Shown: one piece after another, positions 19,594-27,819 of the stretch | How the letters are laid out: each line of letters starts with the position of its first letter | Numbering within the stretch: position 1 is the stretch's first letter | Source: Candidatus Curtissbacteria bacterium RIFCSPLOWO2_02_41_11 | GTDB taxonomy: Bacteria > Patescibacteriota > Microgenomatia > Curtissbacterales > GWA2-41-24 | Direction: 5' to 3' | DNA: 64,000 nucleotides | Assembly (NCBI GenBank): GCA_001775055.1 | Contig: MFBU01000022.1 | Location: forward strand, 3,278 to 67,277 | Notes under the pieces: generated by a model | What the model was told of the DNA's origin: nothing | Seen by the model: only the letters and a program-made list of their open reading frames with translations | The model's database searches: none | Made by a program: the position numbers and the translations under genes

Positions 19594-20373
19594 TTATATT
19601 ACGTCTGCAAAATTTTTTTCAAGTTTTTTAAAAAGTACATAACCTATTAAAAATAAAGCGATTGTGATCACAAGCGAAAAAGATAAAGGTAAAAAATCAG
19701 GAGGACTTTTTAAAAGAAGACTGCTCTTTATGCCTTCAACTATGCCGGTCATGGGATTTAAAAATAATATTTTTTGATATTGTTGAGGAATCTTCTCAAT
19801 ACTGTAAATAATTGGGGTTGCAAAAAGCCATGCTGTCATCAGTAAGGGTAAAAAGGCACTAACATCCTTGAAATAAACGTTGAGAGAAGAAAAAATCAGA
19901 GCAAAAGCAGAAATCAGCAAAACCTCGAGAAGCAATATAGGAATAATCCACAAAACATTAAAAGAAATCCCTATTTTATAAAAAACCATCAGAAGAATTA
20001 GGACTATGAATGAGGATGCCAGATCAACAAGTCTAACAACAATAGGAGAAAAAACAAGAATTTCTCTGGGAAAGTAACTTTTAAGAACCAAGTTTGAATT
20101 GGAGGTAACTGAAGTTGCTGAAGATGAGACGGTTTGAGAAAAGAAGTTCCAAAAAGTTAACCTTGTAAAGATAAGCAAGAGGTAAGGGGTGGGGCCGGAA
20201 TGAATTTTCAAAAATAGACCAAAGATAAACCAAAAAACGATTGCTAAAACTATAGGTGAAATAAGAGCCCAGGCAATACCTAAAATCGCCTGTCTATATC
20301 TAACCTTAAGATCTCGAAGGGATAGGAAGTAAAACAGCTCTTTATACTGCCACAGGTTTTTGATTAATTGCAT
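19594..20373 (-). CDS. wzm: ABC-2 type permease of glycan exporter (Wzm/TagG-like)
   Basis: The protein is about 260 aa with 6 TM helices. The N-terminal segment 'LIKNLWQYKELFYFLSLRDLKVRYRQAILGIAW' is typical of Wzm/KpsM permeases. The gene is immediately upstream of and translationally coupled to the ATPase. Confidence 0.7.
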   Translation of the reverse strand: MQLIKNLWQYKELFYFLSLRDLKVRYRQAILGIAWALISPIVLAIVFWFIFGLFLKIHSGPTPYLLLIFTRLTFWNFFSQTVSSSATSVTSNSNLVLKSYFPREILVFSPIVVRLVDLASSFIVLILLMVFYKIGISFNVLWIIPILLLEVLLISAFALIFSSLNVYFKDVSAFLPLLMTAWLFATPIIYSIEKIPQQYQKILFLNPMTGIVEGIKSSLLLKSPPDFLPLSFSLVITIALFLIGYVLFKKLEKNFADVI

Positions 20374-21130
20374 AGATCTGAAAACCGACAGACTCTTGTG
20401 GATTTTTTAAAACTTTGCGCTTTTTCCATTCGAGTAGTTTTTTGTAAACTGTCAAAGAAAATCCGCCAATTAAATCAAATACAGGAGCCAAAGGCATGTC
20501 TAAAACGACAGGTCTTACGAATTTTACTTCAAAATTGTACTTTCGGCAAAGCTTTTCGATCTCCCCTTTGGTATATTCCCGTTTATGATCATAATCAGAA
20601 TAATAAAAAAGGCCAACACTTGCCTGAAGCTTTTTCCATGAAGTTTCTCGATTGGGAAGTGATAAAAAAAGTTTCCCCTTTGGCTTCAAAACTCTTCTGA
20701 TCTCTCGCATTGCCAAATTTTGATTTTTAAGATGTTCCAGAACGTCTAAACACAGAACTGACGAAAAAAAGTTATCTATGTATGGAAAAGATTTCTCAGC
20801 ATTGACTGCTTCAAATCGTATATTTTTGATTTTTTCGTCACTTGCTCTTCTGGATGCAATCTCGATTATCTTGCTAGAAATATCAAAGGCAACAACTTTT
20901 TTAACTTTTGGGCTGATGTTTATTGAGTGTTGACCAAGGCCACAGCCCATATCCAAGACAATGTCTTTTGCGGAAAGATATTTTAAGTACCACGGAGTTT
21001 TTTTAATTAAATGTTTCGGGTGGATTGGATATTTTGATTTGCCAGTAATTTTTGTAAGCCTTATTGAAAGTGCCGATAAATACTGCAGCTTCTGAAGGGT
21101 CAGAATCACATTTCTATTCAATAACCTCAT
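20342..21130 (-). CDS. Class I SAM-dependent methyltransferase
   Basis: Motif I is 'VLDMGCGLGQHSINIS', with the acidic residue in 'VVAFDIS'. The post-II segment is 'LCLDVLEHL'. Confidence 0.65.
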   Translation of the reverse strand: MRLLNRNVILTLQKLQYLSALSIRLTKITGKSKYPIHPKHLIKKTPWYLKYLSAKDIVLDMGCGLGQHSINISPKVKKVVAFDISSKIIEIASRRASDEKIKNIRFEAVNAEKSFPYIDNFFSSVLCLDVLEHLKNQNLAMREIRRVLKPKGKLFLSLPNRETSWKKLQASVGLFYYSDYDHKREYTKGEIEKLCRKYNFEVKFVRPVVLDMPLAPVFDLIGGFSLTVYKKLLEWKKRKVLKNPQESVGFQIYAINQKPVAV

Positions 21131-22239
21131 GACACCAGTTTTTGGAAAATTTCTTCTCGCCGGCTAACTAATTTTTGCCAGTTAAACTCCCTTTCTGCTT
21201 TTCGAAGAGCATTTATACCCAGTGACTTTCTCAATTTTTCACTTGTTATTAACTGACTAACTTTCCCAATCCAGTCATTTAAATCATTTTCTTTGGCTAA
21301 AAAGCCATTAATACCGGGGACGATAGCTTCACGTGCCGACCAAGCATCCGTAGCCACAACTGGTTTTGTACAGGACATTGCCTCACCGATTACAATTCCA
21401 AAACCTTCGTCTTTGCTGGGGATGACAAAAATGTCACAGAGATTGAAATGCTTAAGTTTGGCGTCTCCAAATACCTTGCCGACGAAAATAACATCTGTTA
21501 ATTTTTTTTCTTTTACAAAAGAAAGCATTGTTTTTTTTAGCGGTCCCTCTCCACAAATTAGTAGTCCGACATTTTGATACTTTATCTTCAAATTTTGAAA
21601 CAATTTTAATAAAAACAACGGGTTTTTTCTTTCGATAAGAAGACCCATAAACATTAAGATAACCTTACCCTCTAGGCGATATTTTTTTAGAAGCGATGCA
21701 TCTTTTGGTTGTGGTTTTAGAAACATGTCAGTGCCGTTGTAAATTACATGGATTTTATTTTTAACCAAACCATATCTTTTAACCAGCCAGTTTTTGACGT
21801 ATAAACTTACGGTAATAATCGCATCATATTTTGCGGCGGTCATTTTATTTATTAGATCAAAAAGCATATTATTTTCTACTAAATGATGAGTGGTAGTAAT
21901 CGGTACTTGGGGGTGAAAGAATTTAAAAATCAATGCGCCGAGGCCGACAAAGTAAGGATTGTGAACTCTTAAGATATCAAACTTTTCTTTTTTGTAGGTG
22001 CTAAATAAATAAGGAATAATTAAAAAATTAAAAAGAAAGGCCGGTATGTGTTTGAAAGGAGCTCTCTGGACAATTATGTTATGGTGTTTTCCGTATGGTC
22101 GATCCTTAGGCAAATAAACAAAAATTGTGTGGCCTCTCTTGGCAAGTGAATGCAAAACAAAATGGTCATGAACTTCTCCGCCGAGGTCAGAGTTGGGATT
22201 AAATCCTAATTGAGGAGAGCAAATTTTTAGCTTTCTCAT
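21127..22239 (-). CDS. GT4-family glycosyltransferase
   Basis: The motif 'PSKDEGFGIVIGEAMSCTKPVVATD' is present. Confidence 0.7.
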   Translation of the reverse strand: MRKLKICSPQLGFNPNSDLGGEVHDHFVLHSLAKRGHTIFVYLPKDRPYGKHHNIIVQRAPFKHIPAFLFNFLIIPYLFSTYKKEKFDILRVHNPYFVGLGALIFKFFHPQVPITTTHHLVENNMLFDLINKMTAAKYDAIITVSLYVKNWLVKRYGLVKNKIHVIYNGTDMFLKPQPKDASLLKKYRLEGKVILMFMGLLIERKNPLFLLKLFQNLKIKYQNVGLLICGEGPLKKTMLSFVKEKKLTDVIFVGKVFGDAKLKHFNLCDIFVIPSKDEGFGIVIGEAMSCTKPVVATDAWSAREAIVPGINGFLAKENDLNDWIGKVSQLITSEKLRKSLGINALRKAEREFNWQKLVSRREEIFQKLVS

Positions 22240-23057
22240 GCAATTTTAAATAGTCTTGCCAATTTGGTTTTCAGTCCAATTGGCATAAAATAAGTCAATA
22301 AGAACATTTTTGTGAGACCATAAAGACCAAACAAATCAATGCCATCTCTTTTAATTGATTCCCATTTGATTCTTAGGTCAAGTCTATTCATTAAACCCAT
22401 TTGACTGATTGATCTTCTGCTGTTGCTTAGACGCCACATGAGTAATTTTTTATTGAGATTTGCCATTTTGAAATTTTTTCTTGCTCTCATTAATAGATCG
22501 TATTCTTCAGTAAAATCAAATTCACTTCTGTAACCTCCGGATTTTACAAAAAAATCTCTTTTTCCCATAAATGTTGGGTGGATGATACAAGGATAAATAC
22601 TTAAAGTTCTTTTGATCTGCCGATTGGTGGTAGGTCTGGTCTTACTACCAACTATTTTACCCGTATCATCTATTAGAGTGACCCATGTTCCACAAAGATC
22701 AATTTCCTGATGCTTAGTAAGATATTTTATTTGTTCTTCAAAACGGTTAGATAAACTTATGTCATCAGCATCCATTCTGGCGATGAAGTCGCCCTGAGCA
22801 AGGCGTATGGCAATATTTAGAGACGCAGCTAGTCCCAAGTTTTTTTTATTTTGAATAAGCTTTACTCTTTTGTCTTTCAGACTTTTCAAAAACTGCCAAG
22901 TTTTGTCGCGCGACGCATCATCAACGATGATAAATTCGAAATTTTTGTAGGTTTGGTTAAGAATGCTTTTTACAGCCTCTTTTAGATAAGGCAAACCATT
23001 ATAAACAGACATAATGACGCAAATTTTAGGATCTCTTTTCAAGGTTCGGTCGCTCAT
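22236..23057 (-). CDS. GT2-family glycosyltransferase
   Basis: The motif 'ICVIMSVYNGLPYLKEAVKSILNQTYKNFEFIIVDDASRDKT...ARMDADD' is present. Confidence 0.7.
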   Translation of the reverse strand: MSDRTLKRDPKICVIMSVYNGLPYLKEAVKSILNQTYKNFEFIIVDDASRDKTWQFLKSLKDKRVKLIQNKKNLGLAASLNIAIRLAQGDFIARMDADDISLSNRFEEQIKYLTKHQEIDLCGTWVTLIDDTGKIVGSKTRPTTNRQIKRTLSIYPCIIHPTFMGKRDFFVKSGGYRSEFDFTEEYDLLMRARKNFKMANLNKKLLMWRLSNSRRSISQMGLMNRLDLRIKWESIKRDGIDLFGLYGLTKMFLLTYFMPIGLKTKLARLFKIA

Positions 23058-24121
23058 GTCAATGTTTGGTAAATTTTAAATATTTTTTTAGCAGTTTCGT
23101 CCCAGGAGTAATTTTTCTTTACTATTTCATAACCTCTTTGGCCATATTTATCTATATCTTTTGCAAAAAGAAGGCCAATAATTGCTTTTTCGAGTCCTTT
23201 GTAATCACCTGGGTTGACTAATATCCCGTTTTCTTTATCCTTAACAATCTGTTTGAGACTTCCCACTCGTGTTGCAATAACTGGCAACTTGGCCGCCCAT
23301 GCTTCTAAAACAACAATACCCTGCCCCTCATAAAGAGAGGGGAGGACAAAAATACTGGCCTTCTTATACTCTTCGATTAGTTTTTTGCCAATCAGTTTTC
23401 CTTTAAGCAAAATTCTGCCTTTTAAGTTGTTAGAACTGACAAAATCTCGGATATTTTTTTCCTCTCTGCCATAACCAACTAAAACGAATTTGAGATTTTT
23501 AATCTTTTTACAAAGGTCATTGGCGACTTGAAGTAATAAGCTAATGCTCTTTTGAGGATGAAAGCGACCAACAAAAAGAATAGTCGGCACCTTATATTTT
23601 GCGACTTTAACTTTATTAAACTGAGATATATCAACACCGTCTGGAACATAATAAACTTTGTTTTTATTGGAAATCTTTAAGAATTCGGTGTTGTCAGTAA
23701 TTTGGGCAGAATATCTTAATTTAAGAACTAGGAACTTCTCAAGAAGATTATTAGTATTAAGTGCGAATACAGAAAAAATAGTGGGTGTTTTATTGAAGTG
23801 GCTAGCAGCCAATACTGGAAAACCGGCAACAAATGGGAAGGCATGAACAATGTCATACTTTTTCCCCAGGAGATATTTAAAAGAAAGAAGGATAAAAATT
23901 AAGCGAGAAAAATTATTATTCCAGGGTAATCTAGGGCCTAAATAAATTATTTTTAGATTTTTGGGTAATGTTTGAATTTTTTGATTGGGAAATCTGCGTG
24001 TGATAATATCAACTTGACAAGAAAAATCGGCGGTTAGCCTTTTGGCGACTTCCCAGGCAACTTTAGGACCTCCGCCTATTATTGGAAACCAGGTGTCCGA
24101 CATTATACAAACTTTAAACAT
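23054..24121 (-). CDS. GT4-family glycosyltransferase
   Basis: The motif 'PSLYEGQGIVVLEAWAAKLPVIATRVGSLKQIVKDKENGILV' is present. Confidence 0.7.
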   Translation of the reverse strand: MFKVCIMSDTWFPIIGGGPKVAWEVAKRLTADFSCQVDIITRRFPNQKIQTLPKNLKIIYLGPRLPWNNNFSRLIFILLSFKYLLGKKYDIVHAFPFVAGFPVLAASHFNKTPTIFSVFALNTNNLLEKFLVLKLRYSAQITDNTEFLKISNKNKVYYVPDGVDISQFNKVKVAKYKVPTILFVGRFHPQKSISLLLQVANDLCKKIKNLKFVLVGYGREEKNIRDFVSSNNLKGRILLKGKLIGKKLIEEYKKASIFVLPSLYEGQGIVVLEAWAAKLPVIATRVGSLKQIVKDKENGILVNPGDYKGLEKAIIGLLFAKDIDKYGQRGYEIVKKNYSWDETAKKIFKIYQTLT

Positions 24122-24157
24122 TGCTCAAATTATAGCAAGCTGTTCTCTATTAAACTA

Positions 24158-25015
24158 ATGAGATATTTAGTAACAGGAGCAAACGGGTTTATCGGAAGAG
24201 AAGTAATTAAACATCTCAGAGGTGAAGTTCGTTGCCTAACCCATAAAGAATTCCTGACGGATCACCCGAAAAACATAGTCCATTTCAAAGGTAATTTATC
24301 CGACAGACAGAGTCTCGATCAGGCAGTTGAAGGAGTAGATGTAATTATTCATCTGGCTGCGATAACCAGATCTAAAAATAAACAAGATTATTTCTTAATA
24401 AATACACTTGGCACTAAGAATCTCCTCGAATCTGCCGAAAAAGCTCATGTTAAAAGGTTTATACATATTAGTACCTGGGCGTTAGATCCCAGAGGTGGTG
24501 CTTATTCGGTTTCCAAATTAAAAGCTGAAGAAGAAGTTCGAAAACATAAAAATTGGGTGATAATAAGACCCGCAGATGTATATGGAGATCAAGGATGGCT
24601 AAAAACTCTTGTTAAATTCATAGAAAAATCACCTCTGGTCCCTATTATTGGGGACGGAAAACAGCTAGTTTCCCCGGTTTTCGTTGAAGATGTGGCAAAA
24701 GCAATCTCTGCATCAAGCCTAAAAAAAACACTGTATAAAAACTATACACTGTGCGGTCCTGAGCTTTTAAAATTTGATGAGATGACCAAAAAAATCTCAC
24801 AGTTTTTAAAACTTAAAAGAAGAATCATCTATGTTCCAAAGAGACCTGTTATTTTATTTGCAAAATTGATGTCTTTGGCAGGCTTTCCTAACATAGAAGA
24901 AATGGTCCGGCGTCAATTATCATTTAAATACTACAAAAGTGAAAATAATCCCAAAGAACTAAGTTTTAATCCGATTAACTTCGAAAAAGGACTTACAAGA
25001 GTGTTATCAAGTTAA
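24158..25015 (+). CDS. NAD-dependent epimerase/dehydratase (extended SDR)
   Basis: The N-terminal motif 'VTGANGFIGREV' is a GxxGxxG fold. The catalytic YxxxK is present as 'YSVSKLKAEE'. The size is about 285 aa. Confidence 0.7.
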   Translation: MRYLVTGANGFIGREVIKHLRGEVRCLTHKEFLTDHPKNIVHFKGNLSDRQSLDQAVEGVDVIIHLAAITRSKNKQDYFLINTLGTKNLLESAEKAHVKRFIHISTWALDPRGGAYSVSKLKAEEEVRKHKNWVIIRPADVYGDQGWLKTLVKFIEKSPLVPIIGDGKQLVSPVFVEDVAKAISASSLKKTLYKNYTLCGPELLKFDEMTKKISQFLKLKRRIIYVPKRPVILFAKLMSLAGFPNIEEMVRRQLSFKYYKSENNPKELSFNPINFEKGLTRVLSS

Positions 25016-25041
25016 ATTTCTAAAAAAAATTACTACTGATC

Positions 25042-26181
25042 TTACAAATTTCTGCTAACTGTAGATTTGTAAACTTCTTCGGTGTATTTGGCAACCTTTT
25101 GCCAACTATAAATTCCAGCTAATTGCTTTGCCTGCTTACTTTTTTGATTATACAGAGTTTTCCTAGTTAACAACTCATAAAATCTTTTTGAAAAGAGTAG
25201 TGGTTCTCGGGGATCTACCATAAAACCGCCTTTTGAATTATTGGTTACTTCTCGGTGAGCAGGAATATCAGAATTAACATAAGGAAGGCCTGCGCAGCAA
25301 GCTTCAATAGTAGCAATGCCAAAACCTTCCACTAAACTTGGTAATGAAAAAATGTGCGAAGACTTAATTAATCGAATCAATTCTTTTCGTGGTAAATTGA
25401 AAAGAAATTGCACTTTAGAGTTTATTTTGAGGGCTTTGGTCAGATTTTTTAAGTTGTGATACTCGGGTCCAGTTCCAACAATTATTAATCTCACCTCCTT
25501 TAGCCTTGTTGAAAGGTGGGCAAATGCAAGAATTAAAGTCCTTAAATTTTTATATTTAGCAAGTCTGGAGACACAGATAATCGTCGGTTTTGGGAATTTT
25601 TTAAGGGAAGTTTTAAACTCTTTGTGATCGATTCCGCACGGCACAGTATAAATTCTACCTTTAATTCGCCCTTTAAGCTTTTGGGCGGTCTGTTTGGAAA
25701 TGGCAATATACGAATCGAAACCAAGTATTAAATTTAATCTTTCCAAAATTTCCCCAAAAATACCCCAAAAGCCTGCATTATTAATCCAAGAGCCGACCCA
25801 AACATCCGGATACCAAGCCACGGAGGGAATTTTTTTTCTTTTGGCAATTATTTTGGCAATGAAATGTGTAATAAAATTTGACCCATCAACAACCTCTATA
25901 TCAAGGGTAGTACCAAAACTGATTGCATCTTTAATAAAATAGATTCTTTTTGACAAACCACCGACCGTTGCCATGTATGAACGTCTAGGCCCAACACGAT
26001 AAACAGTAAAGTTAAACATCTTTTCTACTTTCGGACTAGTTAAGCCTCTGCTTGTGATTACACAAATCTGATGTTTTCTGGCTAGATATTTTGCAAGATA
26101 AAATGTTCTGGCTTCAACTCCACCAGAAAATTTTAAATCTTTCCCTGTCGGGAAAAATTCAGAAATTAGAAGAATTTTCAT
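25042..26181 (-). CDS. GT4-family glycosyltransferase
   Basis: The motif 'PSLVEGFGIATIEACCAGLPYVNSDIPAHREV' is present. Confidence 0.7.
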   Translation of the reverse strand: MKILLISEFFPTGKDLKFSGGVEARTFYLAKYLARKHQICVITSRGLTSPKVEKMFNFTVYRVGPRRSYMATVGGLSKRIYFIKDAISFGTTLDIEVVDGSNFITHFIAKIIAKRKKIPSVAWYPDVWVGSWINNAGFWGIFGEILERLNLILGFDSYIAISKQTAQKLKGRIKGRIYTVPCGIDHKEFKTSLKKFPKPTIICVSRLAKYKNLRTLILAFAHLSTRLKEVRLIIVGTGPEYHNLKNLTKALKINSKVQFLFNLPRKELIRLIKSSHIFSLPSLVEGFGIATIEACCAGLPYVNSDIPAHREVTNNSKGGFMVDPREPLLFSKRFYELLTRKTLYNQKSKQAKQLAGIYSWQKVAKYTEEVYKSTVSRNL

Positions 26182-26546
26182 TTTTTGCTTGTTTTTTGAC
26201 GATTCTTCACAGAAGAATGAGAAGAATTTTGGAGGGCAAGTTGTCTAATAAGATATGTAATTTCGTGACGGAGATCTTCGATCATTACATAAATTCTAAA
26301 TACCAAATAAAAAAGGAGAGCCAAAGAAAGGTAAACGATAACATCAACACCTCTGCCGACACCAAAATATGAGGCAAGCTTCGTTGTCGTCCCGGGTAGG
26401 ATAACGCCCACGAAAGCCGCTAACCAAATCAAGAACCAAAAGAATCCGACCTGGGTAGAAATAACTTTTTCTTTAATTCTTAAAAGTACTCTTGAAATAG
26501 CAAATAATATAAAGACCAATAGTACAATTTGGATGGTTGTCAACAT
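26178..26546 (-). CDS. Small 3-4 TM membrane protein (DUF2304-like), frequently partnered with DPM1-like GT2 genes
   Basis: The protein is 122 aa and hydrophobic. The pattern 'IQIVLLVFILFAISRVL...FFWFLIWLA...GRGVDVIVYLSLALLFYLVFRIYV' is present. It lies directly downstream of a soluble DPM1-like GT2. Confidence 0.4.
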   Translation of the reverse strand: MLTTIQIVLLVFILFAISRVLLRIKEKVISTQVGFFWFLIWLAAFVGVILPGTTTKLASYFGVGRGVDVIVYLSLALLFYLVFRIYVMIEDLRHEITYLIRQLALQNSSHSSVKNRQKTSKK

Positions 26547-26610
26547 TTCAAAAATTCGCTGGTATTATATATCAGCCCTGCTGGCTCAGCAACAAGTTGA
26601 ACGATTAACT

Positions 26611-27291
26611 TTATCTCAGTAACTTAACTAAAAATCTTGCAAAAACCGGGATTGCATTAATATTTTTTTGGCCTTTGATTCTGGAATAATCCGTATAGAT
26701 TGCCTTTATTGGCACTTCAATAACTTTCAAATTATGCCTCTTTGCCTCAAGAAGTATTTCTGATGAAAAATCCATTCTGTCGGCCTTGAAATCAATAAGA
26801 TCTATAGTTTTTTTGGAAAATGCTCTAAGTCCAGATTGTGAATCCGTAGAAAGAACTCCATATAGAATAAAAGTGGCAAAGTTGGCAAACCAATTAAGAA
26901 GAAACCGATCGGATGGGATTACTTGCTTATTTAAAAAGCGTGAACCGATGACCACATCCGCTTTTTTTAAAATAATTGGCTGAATTAACTTTGAGATATC
27001 GCGAGGATCATGCTGTCCATCTGCGTCAAAAGTAACTACGATATCAGCATTTTGCTTTTTTGCCCAAGAAAAACCGGTTTTAATTGCTGCGCCAAGACCT
27101 CTATTTAATAAATGTCTGACAATATTAACGTCGGCTCTTTGCGCTTCTTTAAGTGTCTGATCCAATGACCCATCGTCAATTACGACAACATCAACATTCG
27201 AAACGCCCTTAAGTCTTCTGGGTAAAGATTTTAAAACCTTAAATATTACTTGGGATTCATTAAATGCTGGAACAGCAATAACAATTTTCAC
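26611..27291 (-). CDS. Polyprenyl-phosphate sugar synthase-like GT2 (DPM1/ArnC-like, soluble)
   Basis: The motif 'KIVIAVPAFNESQVIFKVLKSLP...VVVIDDGSLDQT...FDADGQHD' is present. Confidence 0.7.
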   Translation of the reverse strand: MKIVIAVPAFNESQVIFKVLKSLPRRLKGVSNVDVVVIDDGSLDQTLKEAQRADVNIVRHLLNRGLGAAIKTGFSWAKKQNADIVVTFDADGQHDPRDISKLIQPIILKKADVVIGSRFLNKQVIPSDRFLLNWFANFATFILYGVLSTDSQSGLRAFSKKTIDLIDFKADRMDFSSEILLEAKRHNLKVIEVPIKAIYTDYSRIKGQKNINAIPVFARFLVKLLR

Positions 27292-27297
27292 TGCTAA

Positions 27298-27741
27298 TTA
27301 CGAACGGGCTACAATAAAAATACCAAAAAGCATCACTACTATACCAACTATTCTTATAAAAGAAACATCCTCATTTAAAAATTTTATAGAACCAATGGTA
27401 GTAAACATAAAAACTATCGTTGCAAAAATTGGATAAGCCCGTGAGAGGTCATTAAATGTTAATACACGAAGCCAAATTAAAAAAGAAAGGCCATAAAGGC
27501 CAAGTCCTGCCAGGATAAATGGATTTGCCGCAGCTTTCGATATTTCAAGAAAAAGTTTTGTCAAGTTTCCACTCAAACCACCAAATGATAAAACCCCTTT
27601 TTTAAGAAGAATATTTGCCGTCACATTAAAAGTAACGCTTGTCAGTAAAAGAGCGTAAAAGTTTTGGAAAAAACTCATGGTGTGATCATACCATTGACAG
27701 CTGACAACTGACAACTGACCCTTCGATGGACTCAGGGTCAT
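27298..27741 (-). CDS. SMR/EamA-like 4-TM membrane protein (ArnE/ArnF-like lipid-linked sugar flippase subunit candidate). The start is uncertain (Met at 27741 or internal Met at ~27678).
   Basis: The core is about 125 aa with 4 hydrophobic helices. It lies immediately upstream of the DPM1-like GT2. The first 21 codons of the track ORF run through a GC-rich heptamer-repeat element. Confidence 0.4.
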   Translation of the reverse strand: MTLSPSKGQLSVVSCQWYDHTMSFFQNFYALLLTSVTFNVTANILLKKGVLSFGGLSGNLTKLFLEISKAAANPFILAGLGLYGLSFLIWLRVLTFNDLSRAYPIFATIVFMFTTIGSIKFLNEDVSFIRIVGIVVMLFGIFIVARS

Positions 27742-27780
27742 CCTGAGCTTGTCGAATGGATGACAACTGACATTTGCTGA
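27695..27780. repeat. GC-rich element with heptamer tandem repeats (CTGACAA-type x4) flanking a unique ~40-nt core. A shortened copy lies inside the CDS at 32255-32287.
   Basis: The sequence 'ttgacagctgacaactgacaactgaccc ... atgacaactgacatttg' is seen directly. The nearly identical 'ttgacaactgacaactgaccactgacatttg' occurs at 32255-32287. Confidence 0.5.
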
Positions 27781-27819
27781 ATCATTTTGATATTTGAAAT
27801 TTAATATTTGATATTGGCT

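Noticed and set aside
25016-25041. Possible bidirectional terminator (TACAAAT...ATTTGTA inverted repeat) between convergent genes
   Set aside because: The stem is short and AT-only, and the loop is about 15 nt. It is too weak to call with confidence.
27679-27741. N-terminal 21-codon extension of the ArnE-like ORF as real coding sequence
   Set aside because: It is left unresolved rather than accepted. The extension is encoded entirely by the heptamer-repeat GC-rich element. Neither candidate start has an SD, so the start is flagged as uncertain.
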